DNA of 32,701 nucleotides from Acidimicrobiaceae bacterium (GCA_025463965.1 JAODBN010000104.1:1-32701), one strand, 5' to 3'. Shown: positions 9,039 through 18,487, counted from the first letter of the stretch. A program made the numbers and translations. The notes: a model not told the origin generated them from the sequence alone.

Positions 9039-9601
9039 CGCCTGCGGCCATTCTCCTCGCCGCGGGCTCCGGAAGCCGGTACGCGGGTCCAAGCCACAAG
9101 CTGCTTGCGCCCATAGGAGGCCGGCCCGTCGTGGTCGCAGCGCTCCATGCCGTCCTGGCGGCAGGGTTCGACGAGGTGATCGTGGTGACCGGCGCGGCGG
9201 ACCTCAGCGCGGTCCTTCCTGACGCCGTCACGGTACTGGTGAACCCTCGGTGGCACCTCGGCCTCGCCAGCTCACTTTCTTTGGGCCTCGGGCACTGCCG
9301 CCGACGCGGGCACCGGGCCGCGGTGATCGGGCTCGGCGACATGCCATCGGTGGGGACAGCGGCTTGGAAAGCGGTGGCTGCATCGGAGGCTCCGATCGCC
9401 GTCGCCAGCTTCGCAGGACAGCGCCGCCCGCCCGTCCGCCTCGCCGAGGAGCAATGGAAGCTTCTGCCCCTGGAAGGTGACGTCGGCGCCCGCTCGCTCT
9501 GGTCGCAACCCGAAGCGGTCGAGATCCCGTGCGAGGGCGACCCCTGGGACGTCGACACGATCGCAGATCTCGCTCGTCTGCGCGCCGGGGCGGCGAGCTA
9601 G
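9035..9601 (+). CDS. mocA: Molybdenum cofactor cytidylyltransferase (MocA-like nucleotidyltransferase)
   Basis: ATGA overlap with the xdhC stop; ILLAAGSGSRY, KLLA, NPRWHLGLASSL, LGDMP, GDVGAR, DVDT motifs. Confidence 0.88.
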   Translation: MTPAAILLAAGSGSRYAGPSHKLLAPIGGRPVVVAALHAVLAAGFDEVIVVTGAADLSAVLPDAVTVLVNPRWHLGLASSLSLGLGHCRRRGHRAAVIGLGDMPSVGTAAWKAVAASEAPIAVASFAGQRRPPVRLAEEQWKLLPLEGDVGARSLWSQPEAVEIPCEGDPWDVDTIADLARLRAGAAS

Positions 9602-9694
9602 TCCATCACCCCGAGGCGATCGGGGGCCCAACGATCTCCCGGGCGCGAAGCGTCATCTAAGCCTCTCGGGCTGCCCGTCGAGCCGAAGGCCCAC

Positions 9695-10978
9695 TCAGGG
9701 CGAGAGCTCGACCTCAGGAGCATCCGTCGTCCGGCGGGCGAGGATCGCGCCGATCCCTGCGGCGGCAAAACAGGCCGCCGCCCCGACCATCAGCGCGACA
9801 CGAGCACTCGCCGCCGCGACGACCCACCCGATCACCGGCCCTCCGATCGGCGTCGTTCCCTGGAACGCCATCGACCACAGCGACATCGCCCGCCCGCGCA
9901 TGGAGAGCTCGGACCCCAGCTGCACCGTCGAGTTGCTGACCGTGATGAACGAGATGCTGAAGACTCCGACCGCTATCAGAGCGACGTACTCGACAGCTAC
10001 CACCGGGGCGACGGCGGCTGCCACGTTCGCGGAACCGAATCCCACTGCGGCGACGAGAAGCGCCCGGGCTCCGACGCGCTTCTTCCCCGCTGTGAGAACG
10101 CCGCCGGCAACTGCACCGAGGCCCATCGTCGCGTACATGAACCCGAAGGTCCGAGAACCGCTGTGGAACGTCTGGGTCGCGACGAGCGGCAACGACACGG
10201 GGTACTCGTAAGTGAACGTACCGATGATGACCATCATCAGGATCGCCATCGAGAGCTCCCTGCTCTTCTTGGCGTAGCGGATGCCAGCACGAAGCTGGCC
10301 CGAACTTCTGGCCAGAAAGGGAACCTTGTTGAGGGTGGCCTTGTCCATGGTCTTGAGTGCCAAGATCACCGCCAAAAAGGTGGCGGCATTGACCACGAAG
10401 CAGATTGCGACGCCAGCTACCGCTATCACGACCCCCGCGATCGCGGGCCCGATGGCCCGCGCCGCATTGATCATGATCGCGGTGAGGCTGACGGCATTCG
10501 GGACATCGTCTGGGCCGACCAGTTCATAGAGGATCGCCTGGCGGGACGGGAGGTCGAACGCCGTGGTGAAGCCGAGCACCGACGCGAGCACGCAGATCTC
10601 CCAATAGCGGGTGACGTGACTGAGCGTGAGGACCGCGAGCACGACTGCCTGGAAGGCCATGATTGCCTGCAGCAAAATCTGCAGGCGCCGACGGTCGACT
10701 CGATCGATGATGACGCCGGCGTAGGCACCGAGGAGAAGCAGTGGCAGCGTCTGGAGCGCAATGACGATTCCGAGCCTCGAGCTCGAGTGCGTCAGGCTTA
10801 GGACTAGCCACGACTGTGCCGCCGCCTGCATCCAGGTTCCCACCAGGGACGTCGACTGCCCGAAGAAGTACCTCCGGAAATTCGGCAGGCGAAGAGAGGA
10901 GAACCTCCCCCGCTCGGCCGGACCAAGGGTGCTCGCAGTGGTGCGGTCGCCCGACTCGATCATCGAGGCGGAGTCCAC
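9695..10978 (-). CDS. MFS transporter (MFS_3 / H+ antiporter-like)
   Basis: About 12 TM; NFRRYFFGQSTSLVGTWMQ, GVIIDRVDRRR, AFDLPSRQA, MRGRAMS motifs. Confidence 0.9.
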   Translation of the reverse strand: MDSASMIESGDRTTASTLGPAERGRFSSLRLPNFRRYFFGQSTSLVGTWMQAAAQSWLVLSLTHSSSRLGIVIALQTLPLLLLGAYAGVIIDRVDRRRLQILLQAIMAFQAVVLAVLTLSHVTRYWEICVLASVLGFTTAFDLPSRQAILYELVGPDDVPNAVSLTAIMINAARAIGPAIAGVVIAVAGVAICFVVNAATFLAVILALKTMDKATLNKVPFLARSSGQLRAGIRYAKKSRELSMAILMMVIIGTFTYEYPVSLPLVATQTFHSGSRTFGFMYATMGLGAVAGGVLTAGKKRVGARALLVAAVGFGSANVAAAVAPVVAVEYVALIAVGVFSISFITVSNSTVQLGSELSMRGRAMSLWSMAFQGTTPIGGPVIGWVVAAASARVALMVGAAACFAAAGIGAILARRTTDAPEVELSP

Positions 10979-11168
10979 AGTGCCGACGGGCGGCCCGACG
11001 GGGCGCGGTCGGTCAGTGGTCCTGGGTACCCGGTCGCCACACTCGTCACCGCCTTGCGTACGGTCGCAACTGCCGAGAGCCCTTGCGGACGCTCCCGTCG
11101 CCCCGCAGCGCGGGGGTGGTCCTAGTTGTCGAACAACGTTCTCCGGCGGACAGCCGTCGTCGTTGGCG

Positions 11169-12071
11169 CTACGAAGCGCTGATGGCGCGCTCGAGATCGT
11201 CCATGTTCAGCGCCCTGCTTCCCAGCGCAAGATCCGTACCACCGCTGACCATCGCCCGGAACACGAGCTTGCGCACTTGGCGCGCGTCAATCGAACGCTC
11301 CGCCAAGCGATCGGCCAGTGATTGCAGCCGGTCTCCTGCCAGGTCCATCGTGGTGTTGGGCAGTTCGCTGAGGCTGTCGCGCAGGATCTCGACGATCGCG
11401 TCGGCCGAAGGGGGGCCCAAGACCTCGAGGATGTCCACTCGGGACAAGACTGCCTCGTCGACAGCCTCGGGGAAGTTCGTCGTGGCGACGAACACCACGT
11501 TCGGGTGAGCACGTGCCACGTGGTCCAGCCCCGTCAGCACTGCTTCGGTCGAGCGATGGACATCCGCCGGGTTGGTGTCGGTCGACGTCCATCGTCTACT
11601 TACTGCAAGCCCCTCGACCTCGTCGATGAGCACCACGACCGGCGCGCCGTCGTGCGCGACGTCGGGGATCGCCCGTTCGAACAGTCGAGCGATTCCCCGC
11701 TGGGACTGGCCCAACAGCTCGCTCGGCAGCGCGTGTGGGTCGATGAGAACGAACCGCACGCCTGAGGCGATACCACGTTGGCGCAGCTCCCTCGCCGCGC
11801 GGTCGGCGAGCCCATGCGCCAACGTGGTCTTGCCGGTTCCGGGCGGCCCACTCAGAAGGATCAGGCCGTGAACCGGGAGTCCAACATCCGACATCTTCCT
11901 GCCAGGACCGAGGCAGAACAGCATCGCATTCAGGAGACGCTCCTTCACCCCGGGCGGGGTGATGATCCGGTCCCATCGTTCGGTCCACTGGTCAGCTGGC
12001 AGATCGACGAGGGCGGAGATGCCCGCCTGACGGTTGGCAGGAGAGAGCTCGAATGCGGACTCGTTGCTCAC
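11169..12071 (-). CDS. Pch2/TRIP13-type AAA+ ATPase (CBASS Cap6-like), 300 aa
   Basis: GTG 12071 overlaps the cupin TGA (GTGA). Motifs: LPVHGLILLSGPPGTGKTTLA, IDPHALPSELLGQSQR, VLIDEVEGLAVSR, NPADVHRSTEAVLTGLD, ATTNFPEAVDEAVLSRVD. These match the Pch2/TRIP13 clade pattern. Confidence 0.85.
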   Translation of the reverse strand: MSNESAFELSPANRQAGISALVDLPADQWTERWDRIITPPGVKERLLNAMLFCLGPGRKMSDVGLPVHGLILLSGPPGTGKTTLAHGLADRAARELRQRGIASGVRFVLIDPHALPSELLGQSQRGIARLFERAIPDVAHDGAPVVVLIDEVEGLAVSRRWTSTDTNPADVHRSTEAVLTGLDHVARAHPNVVFVATTNFPEAVDEAVLSRVDILEVLGPPSADAIVEILRDSLSELPNTTMDLAGDRLQSLADRLAERSIDARQVRKLVFRAMVSGGTDLALGSRALNMDDLERAISAS

Positions 12072-13105
12072 TCGGGACGCCCGGCATCCTTGTCCGGCCA
12101 CTGGATGCCGGACAGATCGGGGGCATCCAGCTTGGGCAGCTCGGACCACAGGTCCATCGGGTCGAGCAGGACGCGCATTAGATCGTAGAGGGCGTCGAAG
12201 TTGTGCACCCGGATCAAGCGAGCGGTGTTGTTCTTGTCGTCGTTGAAGTGTTGGTGCCATGCCCAGTGGTCGACGACCACGAGGTCACCAGGCCCCCACT
12301 CGTAGGACACGTCATCGATGTCGCTGTGGCCATGGCCGCTCACCACGTGGAGCCATGCTTCGCCACCGTGGCGGTGCCGTGATTGCCAGAGTCCGGGGGC
12401 AAGCTCGTGCATGACCGCGGTCAGGCCGGAAGTGCGGAACCCGATCGACTGGTCAACGAGAAATGCGCTTCTCGCCCCCCGCTTGGTGACGCGAGGCGTG
12501 ACCTCGTCCCAGCGCGTGATCAAGCGCCGGTCTTCGGTTGACTGGGTCTCCGCGAGCCGCTCGGACCGGCGGGCATAGCCGTCGGAGCCGGGCACCTTGA
12601 CGGTGCGAGGCGCCAGCGGGAGGTCCTTCACCGGCGTGTCCCCGCCGTCTTCGAGCATCGCCATGCCGAGGGCCTCGTGCATGGGCTGCACGCTCCAGGT
12701 CACAAAGCGGGCGTCGGTGGCCCCTTCGTTGCCATGTCGGTGCCAGGCCCATGCGGGCAGGTGGACGGTGTCCCAGGGACGCCACTGGATGCGAACGCCG
12801 TCGATCTCGGTCCAACCCGATCCTGACGTCACGAACATCATGGCGTCCCACGAGTGCCGGTGAATCGTCGAGGTGTTGCCTGCCGGGATCTCGTGCAAGG
12901 TCGCGTCGAGCACCTTGGTCGGGCTCTCCCCGTCAGCGCCCATGTAGACGCCCCGCCGCATCCGGCGGGCGGGCGAGTCCTCGAGCTTCACGTCGGCTTC
13001 TCGGATGATCGTCCGGCGATACTTCCGCCAGTCCTCGACCACCTGGGCACGTCGCTGCTTCTGCACCTCGTAATGCGTCACCGTCTGCGTCACGGTTTTA
13101 GCCAA
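12068..13105 (-). CDS. Bicupin metalloenzyme (gentisate 1,2-dioxygenase-like fold), 345 aa
   Basis: TTG start at 13105 with GGAGGGG RBS. Two cupin motifs: HRHSWDA...HLPAWAWHRHGN and HRHGGEA...DHWAWHQHFN. Confidence 0.85.
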   Translation of the reverse strand: MAKTVTQTVTHYEVQKQRRAQVVEDWRKYRRTIIREADVKLEDSPARRMRRGVYMGADGESPTKVLDATLHEIPAGNTSTIHRHSWDAMMFVTSGSGWTEIDGVRIQWRPWDTVHLPAWAWHRHGNEGATDARFVTWSVQPMHEALGMAMLEDGGDTPVKDLPLAPRTVKVPGSDGYARRSERLAETQSTEDRRLITRWDEVTPRVTKRGARSAFLVDQSIGFRTSGLTAVMHELAPGLWQSRHRHGGEAWLHVVSGHGHSDIDDVSYEWGPGDLVVVDHWAWHQHFNDDKNNTARLIRVHNFDALYDLMRVLLDPMDLWSELPKLDAPDLSGIQWPDKDAGRPE

Positions 13106-13133
13106 AGCAACCCCTCCAGGCTCGGATCGCCGA

Positions 13134-13163
13134 AGTATAATGGATACATTCCAGCTCCGGCAA
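13134..13163 (-). promoter_or_regulatory. Promoter TTGCCG-18-TATACT with TGTATCCA box, driving cupin-TRIP13
   Basis: Minus strand reads TTGCCG gagctggaaTGTATCCAt TATACT; the -10 is 28 nt upstream of the TTG start. Confidence 0.6.
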
Positions 13164-13364
13164 TGCGCCGACCGTCGAAAATGACGCTTCTCGAGAAACC
13201 AGGGCACAACCCAAGCAACGCCCGATCCCAGGCATTTTCAGGGTTCTTGGTATGCAAAGCAACGTCTTCATCGAGACGCCGTCCGACCCGTCACGAGCCT
13301 CGTACTGCAGACCGATACATCATGGACCCCGTGCGACGCGGCCGGGCCATCTCCGTCGAGCGGC

Positions 13365-15728
13365 TCACTCGTCGTCTGTCCGATCCGAGATCAACCGCCA
13401 GACACGCTCAGGCGTAAGCGGAATGCGATCGGGCCACCGGCCGATCGCCCGAGCCACCGCCGTGACGACGGCCGCTGCGATCGGATTCAAAGACCCTTCC
13501 CCCGAGCCCTTGGCACCGTACGGACCGACTCCGTCACGCCGCTCTGCCAGCATCAAGTCGATCCGCGACGGCAGGTCTCGCATGCGTGGAATCCGGTAGT
13601 CGACCAGGTTGGGGTTGACCACCTGGGGTCCGTCGTAGATGAGCTCTTCGAACAGCGAGAGACCGAGGCCCTGGGTAGCCGCGCCGAGATCCTGCGCTTC
13701 TACAGCCTGAGGATTGATGGCGAAACCTACATCCCCGACCGTCGCCAACTGCTCGACGGTGACGGCGCCGGTCTCGGGATCGATCCTGCAGCCGACACCG
13801 ACCATCCCGATCTCCCAGAACGGTGGCATCTGCTTGGTCACACCGGAGCGCCGCACCGTGCCCACTCCGGTCACCTCACCGGCCGAGGCCCCGAACCACT
13901 TCTTGACGATCTCGCCGTAGCGAAGGATCCTGTTGTCTTCGAGGGAGAAGCCACCGGGGCACTGGGTGATCGTGTCGATGTCGACGTTCTCCACTTCCGC
14001 CGCCATCGCCCGCATCTTGGAGAGCGCGTCGGCACAAGCCCTCTGGAGAGCAAGGCCGGCGAGGGTGGTCGTACGACTTGCTCCCGTGGTGCGCTCGTAG
14101 GCGGTCGAACCGGTGTCGGACTGGCGCACCGCGACCTGTCGCAGCTCGATGCCGAACTCCTCAGCAGCGATCTGTCCGAGCAATGAGCGGCTTCCCTGGC
14201 CCATCTCGGTCGATCCGCTGAGGACGATCACCGAGCCGTCCGTCTCTACTCGCACGGCTGCGGTCGACACGGGAAAGGCGCCGGCGTCGGAGGCAGAGCA
14301 AGCGAACCCCACCCCGTACCACTTCGTATTCGACGGCTCACCCATCTTCAAGGCCGAGAGGAGCATCTCGAGATCGGCGGGAAGATCCGCGTCGATCCCC
14401 CGCTTGCCTTGCAGGATCTCCTCGCCGGGCTGCACCAGATTCCGGCGGCGGATCTCTGCGGAGTCGATGCCGAGCTCCTCGGCGGCACGCTCGAGGTTGG
14501 TCTCGCCAGCAAGCACACCCTGAGGGGCACCGAAGCCCCGGTAGGACGACGCCGGAGACGTGTTGGTGTAGATCGAGCGGCCACGGACGCGCAGGTTGGG
14601 GACACGGTACGGGCCGAAGCAGCGATTGACCGACTTCGCGATCACGAGCGGGCTGTTGTCCGCATATGCGCCGGAGTCCATGACGATGTCGAACTCGCGA
14701 GCAATGAACCGGCCGTCGGCATCGAGGGCGCTACGTACCTTGACCACCGCGGAGTCGACACGCGTCGTGTAGATGGACTCTTCGACGTCCAAGACGAGCT
14801 TCACCGGCCTGCCGACGTGCCACGAGGCGACCGCAGCGAGCGGCTCGACCTTCGTGTACGACTTCGACCCGTAGCCGCCACCAAGGTACGGTGCGCGGAC
14901 CGTGACCGCCGAAAGCGGGAGGCCGAACACCCTCGCGAGGTCGTCACGGACCATGAACGGGTGCTGTGCGGTGCTGTCGACCTCCAGCCGACCGTTGGCG
15001 TAGGACGCGATCGCGTTGTAGGGCTCCATGGCGTACGCGTACAGCATGGGAAAGTGCATCGAGCTCTCGACGACGACCGCGGCCGACTCCCATGCAGCGT
15101 CGACGTCGCCCCACTCGAGCGTCACCTCGTGCGCGACGTTGTCGACCCGGGGCCCACCCTCTGGCGAGCCCGCGCCCTCGCCCGGGCTGAGGTTGTCCAC
15201 GTCCAGAAGCGGCAGGTCTACTTCGTGGACCAGCACCGCCCCAGCGGCGAGGGCGTCCTCCGCCGTGATCACCGCGGGCAGGTCCTCGTACTCGACCTGA
15301 ACGAGCTCGAGCGCGTCAGCTGCAGCCGCCTCGGTTTCTGCGACGACGAGTGCGACTGGCTCGCCGTAGTAGCGGACCTTGCCGTTCGCGAGGATCTCGT
15401 GATCGGCAACGATGTGCCCGAATCGCGAGCAGAGCCCCGTGAGGGTGTCGCAAGTCAGCACGGCGACGACTCCCGGCGCCGAGCGAGCGGCATCAGTGTC
15501 GATGGCGAGGATTCGGGCGTGTGCCCTGGTCGATCGGACGATCTTCGCGGAGGCCGATCCGCTGCGCCGCAGGTCTACGCAGTAGACCGCCGCGCCGGTC
15601 ACCTTCTCGAGGAGGTCGGGCCGGAGCACCGAGTGTCCGACATACGCGTGGCCGGACTCTTGGCGAGCCCCCTGGCCGTGCTCGCCCGAGCCGTCGAGGC
15701 TCGAGGAAATCTGGCCCACGTCAGCCAT
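13365..15728 (-). CDS. Xanthine dehydrogenase-family molybdopterin-binding (large) subunit
   Basis: ATG 15728 overlaps the small-subunit stop. KVTGAAVY, GGGYGSK, SYRGFGAPQ, EMGQG, GASRTT, GAKGSGEG (catalytic Glu). Confidence 0.93.
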   Translation of the reverse strand: MADVGQISSSLDGSGEHGQGARQESGHAYVGHSVLRPDLLEKVTGAAVYCVDLRRSGSASAKIVRSTRAHARILAIDTDAARSAPGVVAVLTCDTLTGLCSRFGHIVADHEILANGKVRYYGEPVALVVAETEAAAADALELVQVEYEDLPAVITAEDALAAGAVLVHEVDLPLLDVDNLSPGEGAGSPEGGPRVDNVAHEVTLEWGDVDAAWESAAVVVESSMHFPMLYAYAMEPYNAIASYANGRLEVDSTAQHPFMVRDDLARVFGLPLSAVTVRAPYLGGGYGSKSYTKVEPLAAVASWHVGRPVKLVLDVEESIYTTRVDSAVVKVRSALDADGRFIAREFDIVMDSGAYADNSPLVIAKSVNRCFGPYRVPNLRVRGRSIYTNTSPASSYRGFGAPQGVLAGETNLERAAEELGIDSAEIRRRNLVQPGEEILQGKRGIDADLPADLEMLLSALKMGEPSNTKWYGVGFACSASDAGAFPVSTAAVRVETDGSVIVLSGSTEMGQGSRSLLGQIAAEEFGIELRQVAVRQSDTGSTAYERTTGASRTTTLAGLALQRACADALSKMRAMAAEVENVDIDTITQCPGGFSLEDNRILRYGEIVKKWFGASAGEVTGVGTVRRSGVTKQMPPFWEIGMVGVGCRIDPETGAVTVEQLATVGDVGFAINPQAVEAQDLGAATQGLGLSLFEELIYDGPQVVNPNLVDYRIPRMRDLPSRIDLMLAERRDGVGPYGAKGSGEGSLNPIAAAVVTAVARAIGRWPDRIPLTPERVWRLISDRTDDE

Positions 15729-16221
15729 TCTCGCCTGCCTTGATCCCCTGGAGCACCCGCGCCGCCTGCTCGACCGCGGCAACGATCGGCGCGTAGCCGG
15801 TGCATCGACACAGATTGCCGTCCAGGTGCTCCAGGATCTCCTCCCGACTCGGCTGAGGAGTGCTGTCGAGGAGCGCCTTGGCCATCATGATGAAGCCGGG
15901 CGTGCAAAAGCCACACTGGAGAGCCATCTTTTCGACGAACGCGCGCTGCAGGGGATGGAGCTCGCCGTCGCGGGCCAGCCCCTCGATCGTGGTTACCGCC
16001 TTCCCGTCCACGTCCACCGCTAGGTACGTGCACGCGCTGACGGGCTCACCGGCGACGAGCACCGTGCAGGCGCCACAGATCTGCACGTCACAGCTCACCT
16101 TCGTGCCGGTCAGTGCGAGGTCCTCACGCAGCCAGTGCGCCAGGGTCGTCCGGACGTCGATCGCCTGGGTGATCGAGTTGCCGTTGACCGTGCAAGCGAT
16201 CTCCAAAGAGGTGACGCTCAC
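15721..16221 (-). CDS. [2Fe-2S] small subunit (CoxS/XdhA-like)
   Basis: GTG 16221 overlaps the upstream TGA. GTKVSCDVQICGACTV, QCGFCTPG, NLCRCTGY. Confidence 0.95.
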   Translation of the reverse strand: MSVTSLEIACTVNGNSITQAIDVRTTLAHWLREDLALTGTKVSCDVQICGACTVLVAGEPVSACTYLAVDVDGKAVTTIEGLARDGELHPLQRAFVEKMALQCGFCTPGFIMMAKALLDSTPQPSREEILEHLDGNLCRCTGYAPIVAAVEQAARVLQGIKAGENG

Positions 16222-17021
16222 AGCGAGTCCCCTTGAATGGCGAGCTGCATGGCTCGCCGCACGTACACCTCGACGATGTGTCGCTTGTACTCCACCGAGC
16301 CGCTCAGATCCTCGACGAGGTCGATGCTCTCCGCGACGGCATGCGGGTCGAAGCCTGACGGCGAGTCTGCCTCGAGCACCAATGGGATCTCGCCCACCGC
16401 GCCGACGGCGAGACGCCATGGGCCTTCCGCTTCGTCGTGAACGAGCGCCACACCGACGGTCGGCCTCTCGGAGTACTGGTACTTGAGGTAGACGCCGCGA
16501 TAGCGGCGCACCTTCGGGATCAGCACGTTCACCAACAACTCCCCCGGTTCACGAACAGTCTCGTACGCGCCGATGAGGAAATCTCGCATCGCCACTTCAC
16601 GGCTGTCCGTCTGCGACTGAAGGGTCACGGACGCCTCCATCGCGCACAGAAGCGTCGCGATGTCAGAGCGCGGTTCTGCAAAGCACAGGTTGCCGCCGAT
16701 CGAACCTTGCGAACGAACTCGGGCGTTGCCGACCCGACGCTCAACCGAGGCAAGGAGCGCCGAGCCACTGAGCACGTCGTCGTCCGTTGCGAGCCTTGCA
16801 TGGGTCACCGCGCCGCCAACGAGGACGTCATCGCCGTCCCAGTCGAGGCGGCCCAGCTCCGCAATGCCCTTCAGGTCCACCAAGCACCGTGGCCGGAGAA
16901 CGTTCATCTTCATCGCCATCAGCAGCTCGGTCCCGCCGCAATAGGGAACGGAGACATCATCGAGCAATCCAAGGGCCTCGTCGAGGCGGTCGGGGCGCTC
17001 GAGCGCGAAGGGCGGGAGCAT
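16218..17021 (-). CDS. FAD-binding medium subunit (CoxM-like)
   Basis: GGTELL, VRSQGSIGGNLCFAEPRSD, GSVEYKRH motifs; TGATG overlap with coxG. Confidence 0.93.
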   Translation of the reverse strand: MLPPFALERPDRLDEALGLLDDVSVPYCGGTELLMAMKMNVLRPRCLVDLKGIAELGRLDWDGDDVLVGGAVTHARLATDDDVLSGSALLASVERRVGNARVRSQGSIGGNLCFAEPRSDIATLLCAMEASVTLQSQTDSREVAMRDFLIGAYETVREPGELLVNVLIPKVRRYRGVYLKYQYSERPTVGVALVHDEAEGPWRLAVGAVGEIPLVLEADSPSGFDPHAVAESIDLVEDLSGSVEYKRHIVEVYVRRAMQLAIQGDSL

Positions 17022-17479
17022 CAGCCCGACGCGAGTGCCTTCTCGGCGCTTCCGAAGAACTGCTCGAGGATCTTGTCCGCCTTGCGGCGGATAGTCCCCG
17101 CGCCGAGCGTCGCGATGCGCCCCGTGACTTCGTAGGTGCCGACGACATTGATGGAGCTGCCCCCATCGGGCGCAGCCTCCAGCTGCAGTGCCGCGTCCAC
17201 CGAGATCCTGGAGCCGACCTGGCGATCTTCACCGGAGGCAGCGATCCGCACGAGCTCGAGCGGGCGCAGCTCGGTCACCCGGATATCGAGGTCGGCTCGC
17301 AGCCGAAAGGGTCCCACCTGGTCCTTGAGGACGGCGATGTACTGCTCGAGGAACGTCTTTTCTTGTACGTCCTCGACGATCGGCACCCAACTCGCGACCG
17401 TGCTCACGTCGAGGAGCACCTTCCAGGCCGCCTCCGGCGCTGCCGCGACAGCGATCGATCGATCGAACGAGGTGGCCAT
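17021..17479 (-). CDS. SRPBCC / CoxG-family protein
   Basis: 152 aa SRPBCC pattern (AWKVLLDVSTVASWVP...VTGRIATLGAGTIRRKADKILEQFF) directly upstream of the M/S/L subunits. Confidence 0.85.
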   Translation of the reverse strand: MATSFDRSIAVAAAPEAAWKVLLDVSTVASWVPIVEDVQEKTFLEQYIAVLKDQVGPFRLRADLDIRVTELRPLELVRIAASGEDRQVGSRISVDAALQLEAAPDGGSSINVVGTYEVTGRIATLGAGTIRRKADKILEQFFGSAEKALASG

Positions 17480-17491
17480 GGCGTACCGGCC

Positions 17492-18487
17492 CTACGCCCG
17501 GGCGCCCTGGGCGCGCAGCTTCGGCAGCACCTCGTTGCCGAGCAGCTCGATCTGGTCGAACCAGCGCTCGAACTTGAACCGGAAGTCGAACACGAGGTGG
17601 TCGACGCCAGCCTCTTCAAACTTCTTGCACTCAGCGACAGCATCGTCCGGCGAGCCGACGATGAGCTGTCCCTCGAGGTCCTCCACCGTCTCGAACGTTC
17701 CGGAAGGCGGCTTCACGCTGAACTTGGCCTTGTTCGCCCAGGCGAGCAGCCCAGGAACGTTGACGTCCTCCAGGGCCTTCTCTCGCGTCTCCTCGATGGA
17801 GGTGGGAGGAATGACACCGATAGTCGGAAGCTTGCTTCCCTTTGCGTCGGAGAGCTCGGCCATCGTGGCGATGCGCTGCTTGAGCGTCTCGAGGGCGATA
17901 CGACCAGGCATCCAGCCGTCACAGAATTCGACCGCCAGGCGCGCCGAGCGCGGCGTCGCTCCGCAGTACCAGAACGGCACCGGACCACCCACCGGCTTCG
18001 GCTCGATCGTCACGTCGGTGAATGAGAAGTTGGCGTCCTTGTAGGAGACCTCATTCTCGGTCGCGACCTTGCGAAGGATCTCCGCGTTGGACCGTACGAG
18101 CTCCACGCGGTCCCGATCGCCCCACTCGATGGCCTCGAATTCGTGGTCGAACGTGCCGGCACCAAAGCCGAGGATCAGGCGCGGTCCGACGAGCTGGGTA
18201 ATCGTTCCCGCCATGAGCGCCGTGACGAGCGGGTGCCGGAAGGGGATCAACGAGCCGGTGCCGAGCTCGAGACGCTCGGTCACCGCGCCGATGGCCGTGA
18301 GCGTGGTCAGGGCGTCGTAGAAGGTGCGGTTGGGCTTTTCCATCTCGCCGTGCGGCTCGAAGACGAGGTGGTCCCGCACCCACACCGAGTCGAAGCCGAG
18401 CGCCTCGGCGCGGCGCGCCCCCTCCAGCAGGTTTTCCTTGGACGCGTGCTCACCGAAGTGCGGGAGCAGCAAACCGTATTTCGTCAT
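17492..18487 (-). CDS. LLM-class (luciferase-like) flavin- or F420-dependent oxidoreductase
   Basis: AEALGFDSVWVRDH, LTAIGAVTERLELGT, RLILGFGAG, PKP, DGWMP, IVGSPD motifs. Confidence 0.88.
   Translation of the reverse strand: MTKYGLLLPHFGEHASKENLLEGARRAEALGFDSVWVRDHLVFEPHGEMEKPNRTFYDALTTLTAIGAVTERLELGTGSLIPFRHPLVTALMAGTITQLVGPRLILGFGAGTFDHEFEAIEWGDRDRVELVRSNAEILRKVATENEVSYKDANFSFTDVTIEPKPVGGPVPFWYCGATPRSARLAVEFCDGWMPGRIALETLKQRIATMAELSDAKGSKLPTIGVIPPTSIEETREKALEDVNVPGLLAWANKAKFSVKPPSGTFETVEDLEGQLIVGSPDDAVAECKKFEEAGVDHLVFDFRFKFERWFDQIELLGNEVLPKLRAQGARA

Noticed and set aside
11169-12071. Type III CBASS anti-phage system
   Set aside because: Only the TRIP13-like ATPase is present. No CD-NTase, HORMA or effector gene is in the window, and the neighbours are metabolic.
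12072-12260. N-terminal extension of the AAA ATPase (ORF-track start 12260)
   Set aside because: It overlaps the cupin coding region. The GTGA coupling at 12068-12071 gives a more plausible 300-aa protein.
13365-17479. Aerobic CO dehydrogenase (coxMSL/G)
   Set aside because: The active-site loop is SYRGFG, not AYxCSFR (form I) or AYRGAGR (form II). There is no coxDE, and the AAA gene is not MoxR/CoxD type.
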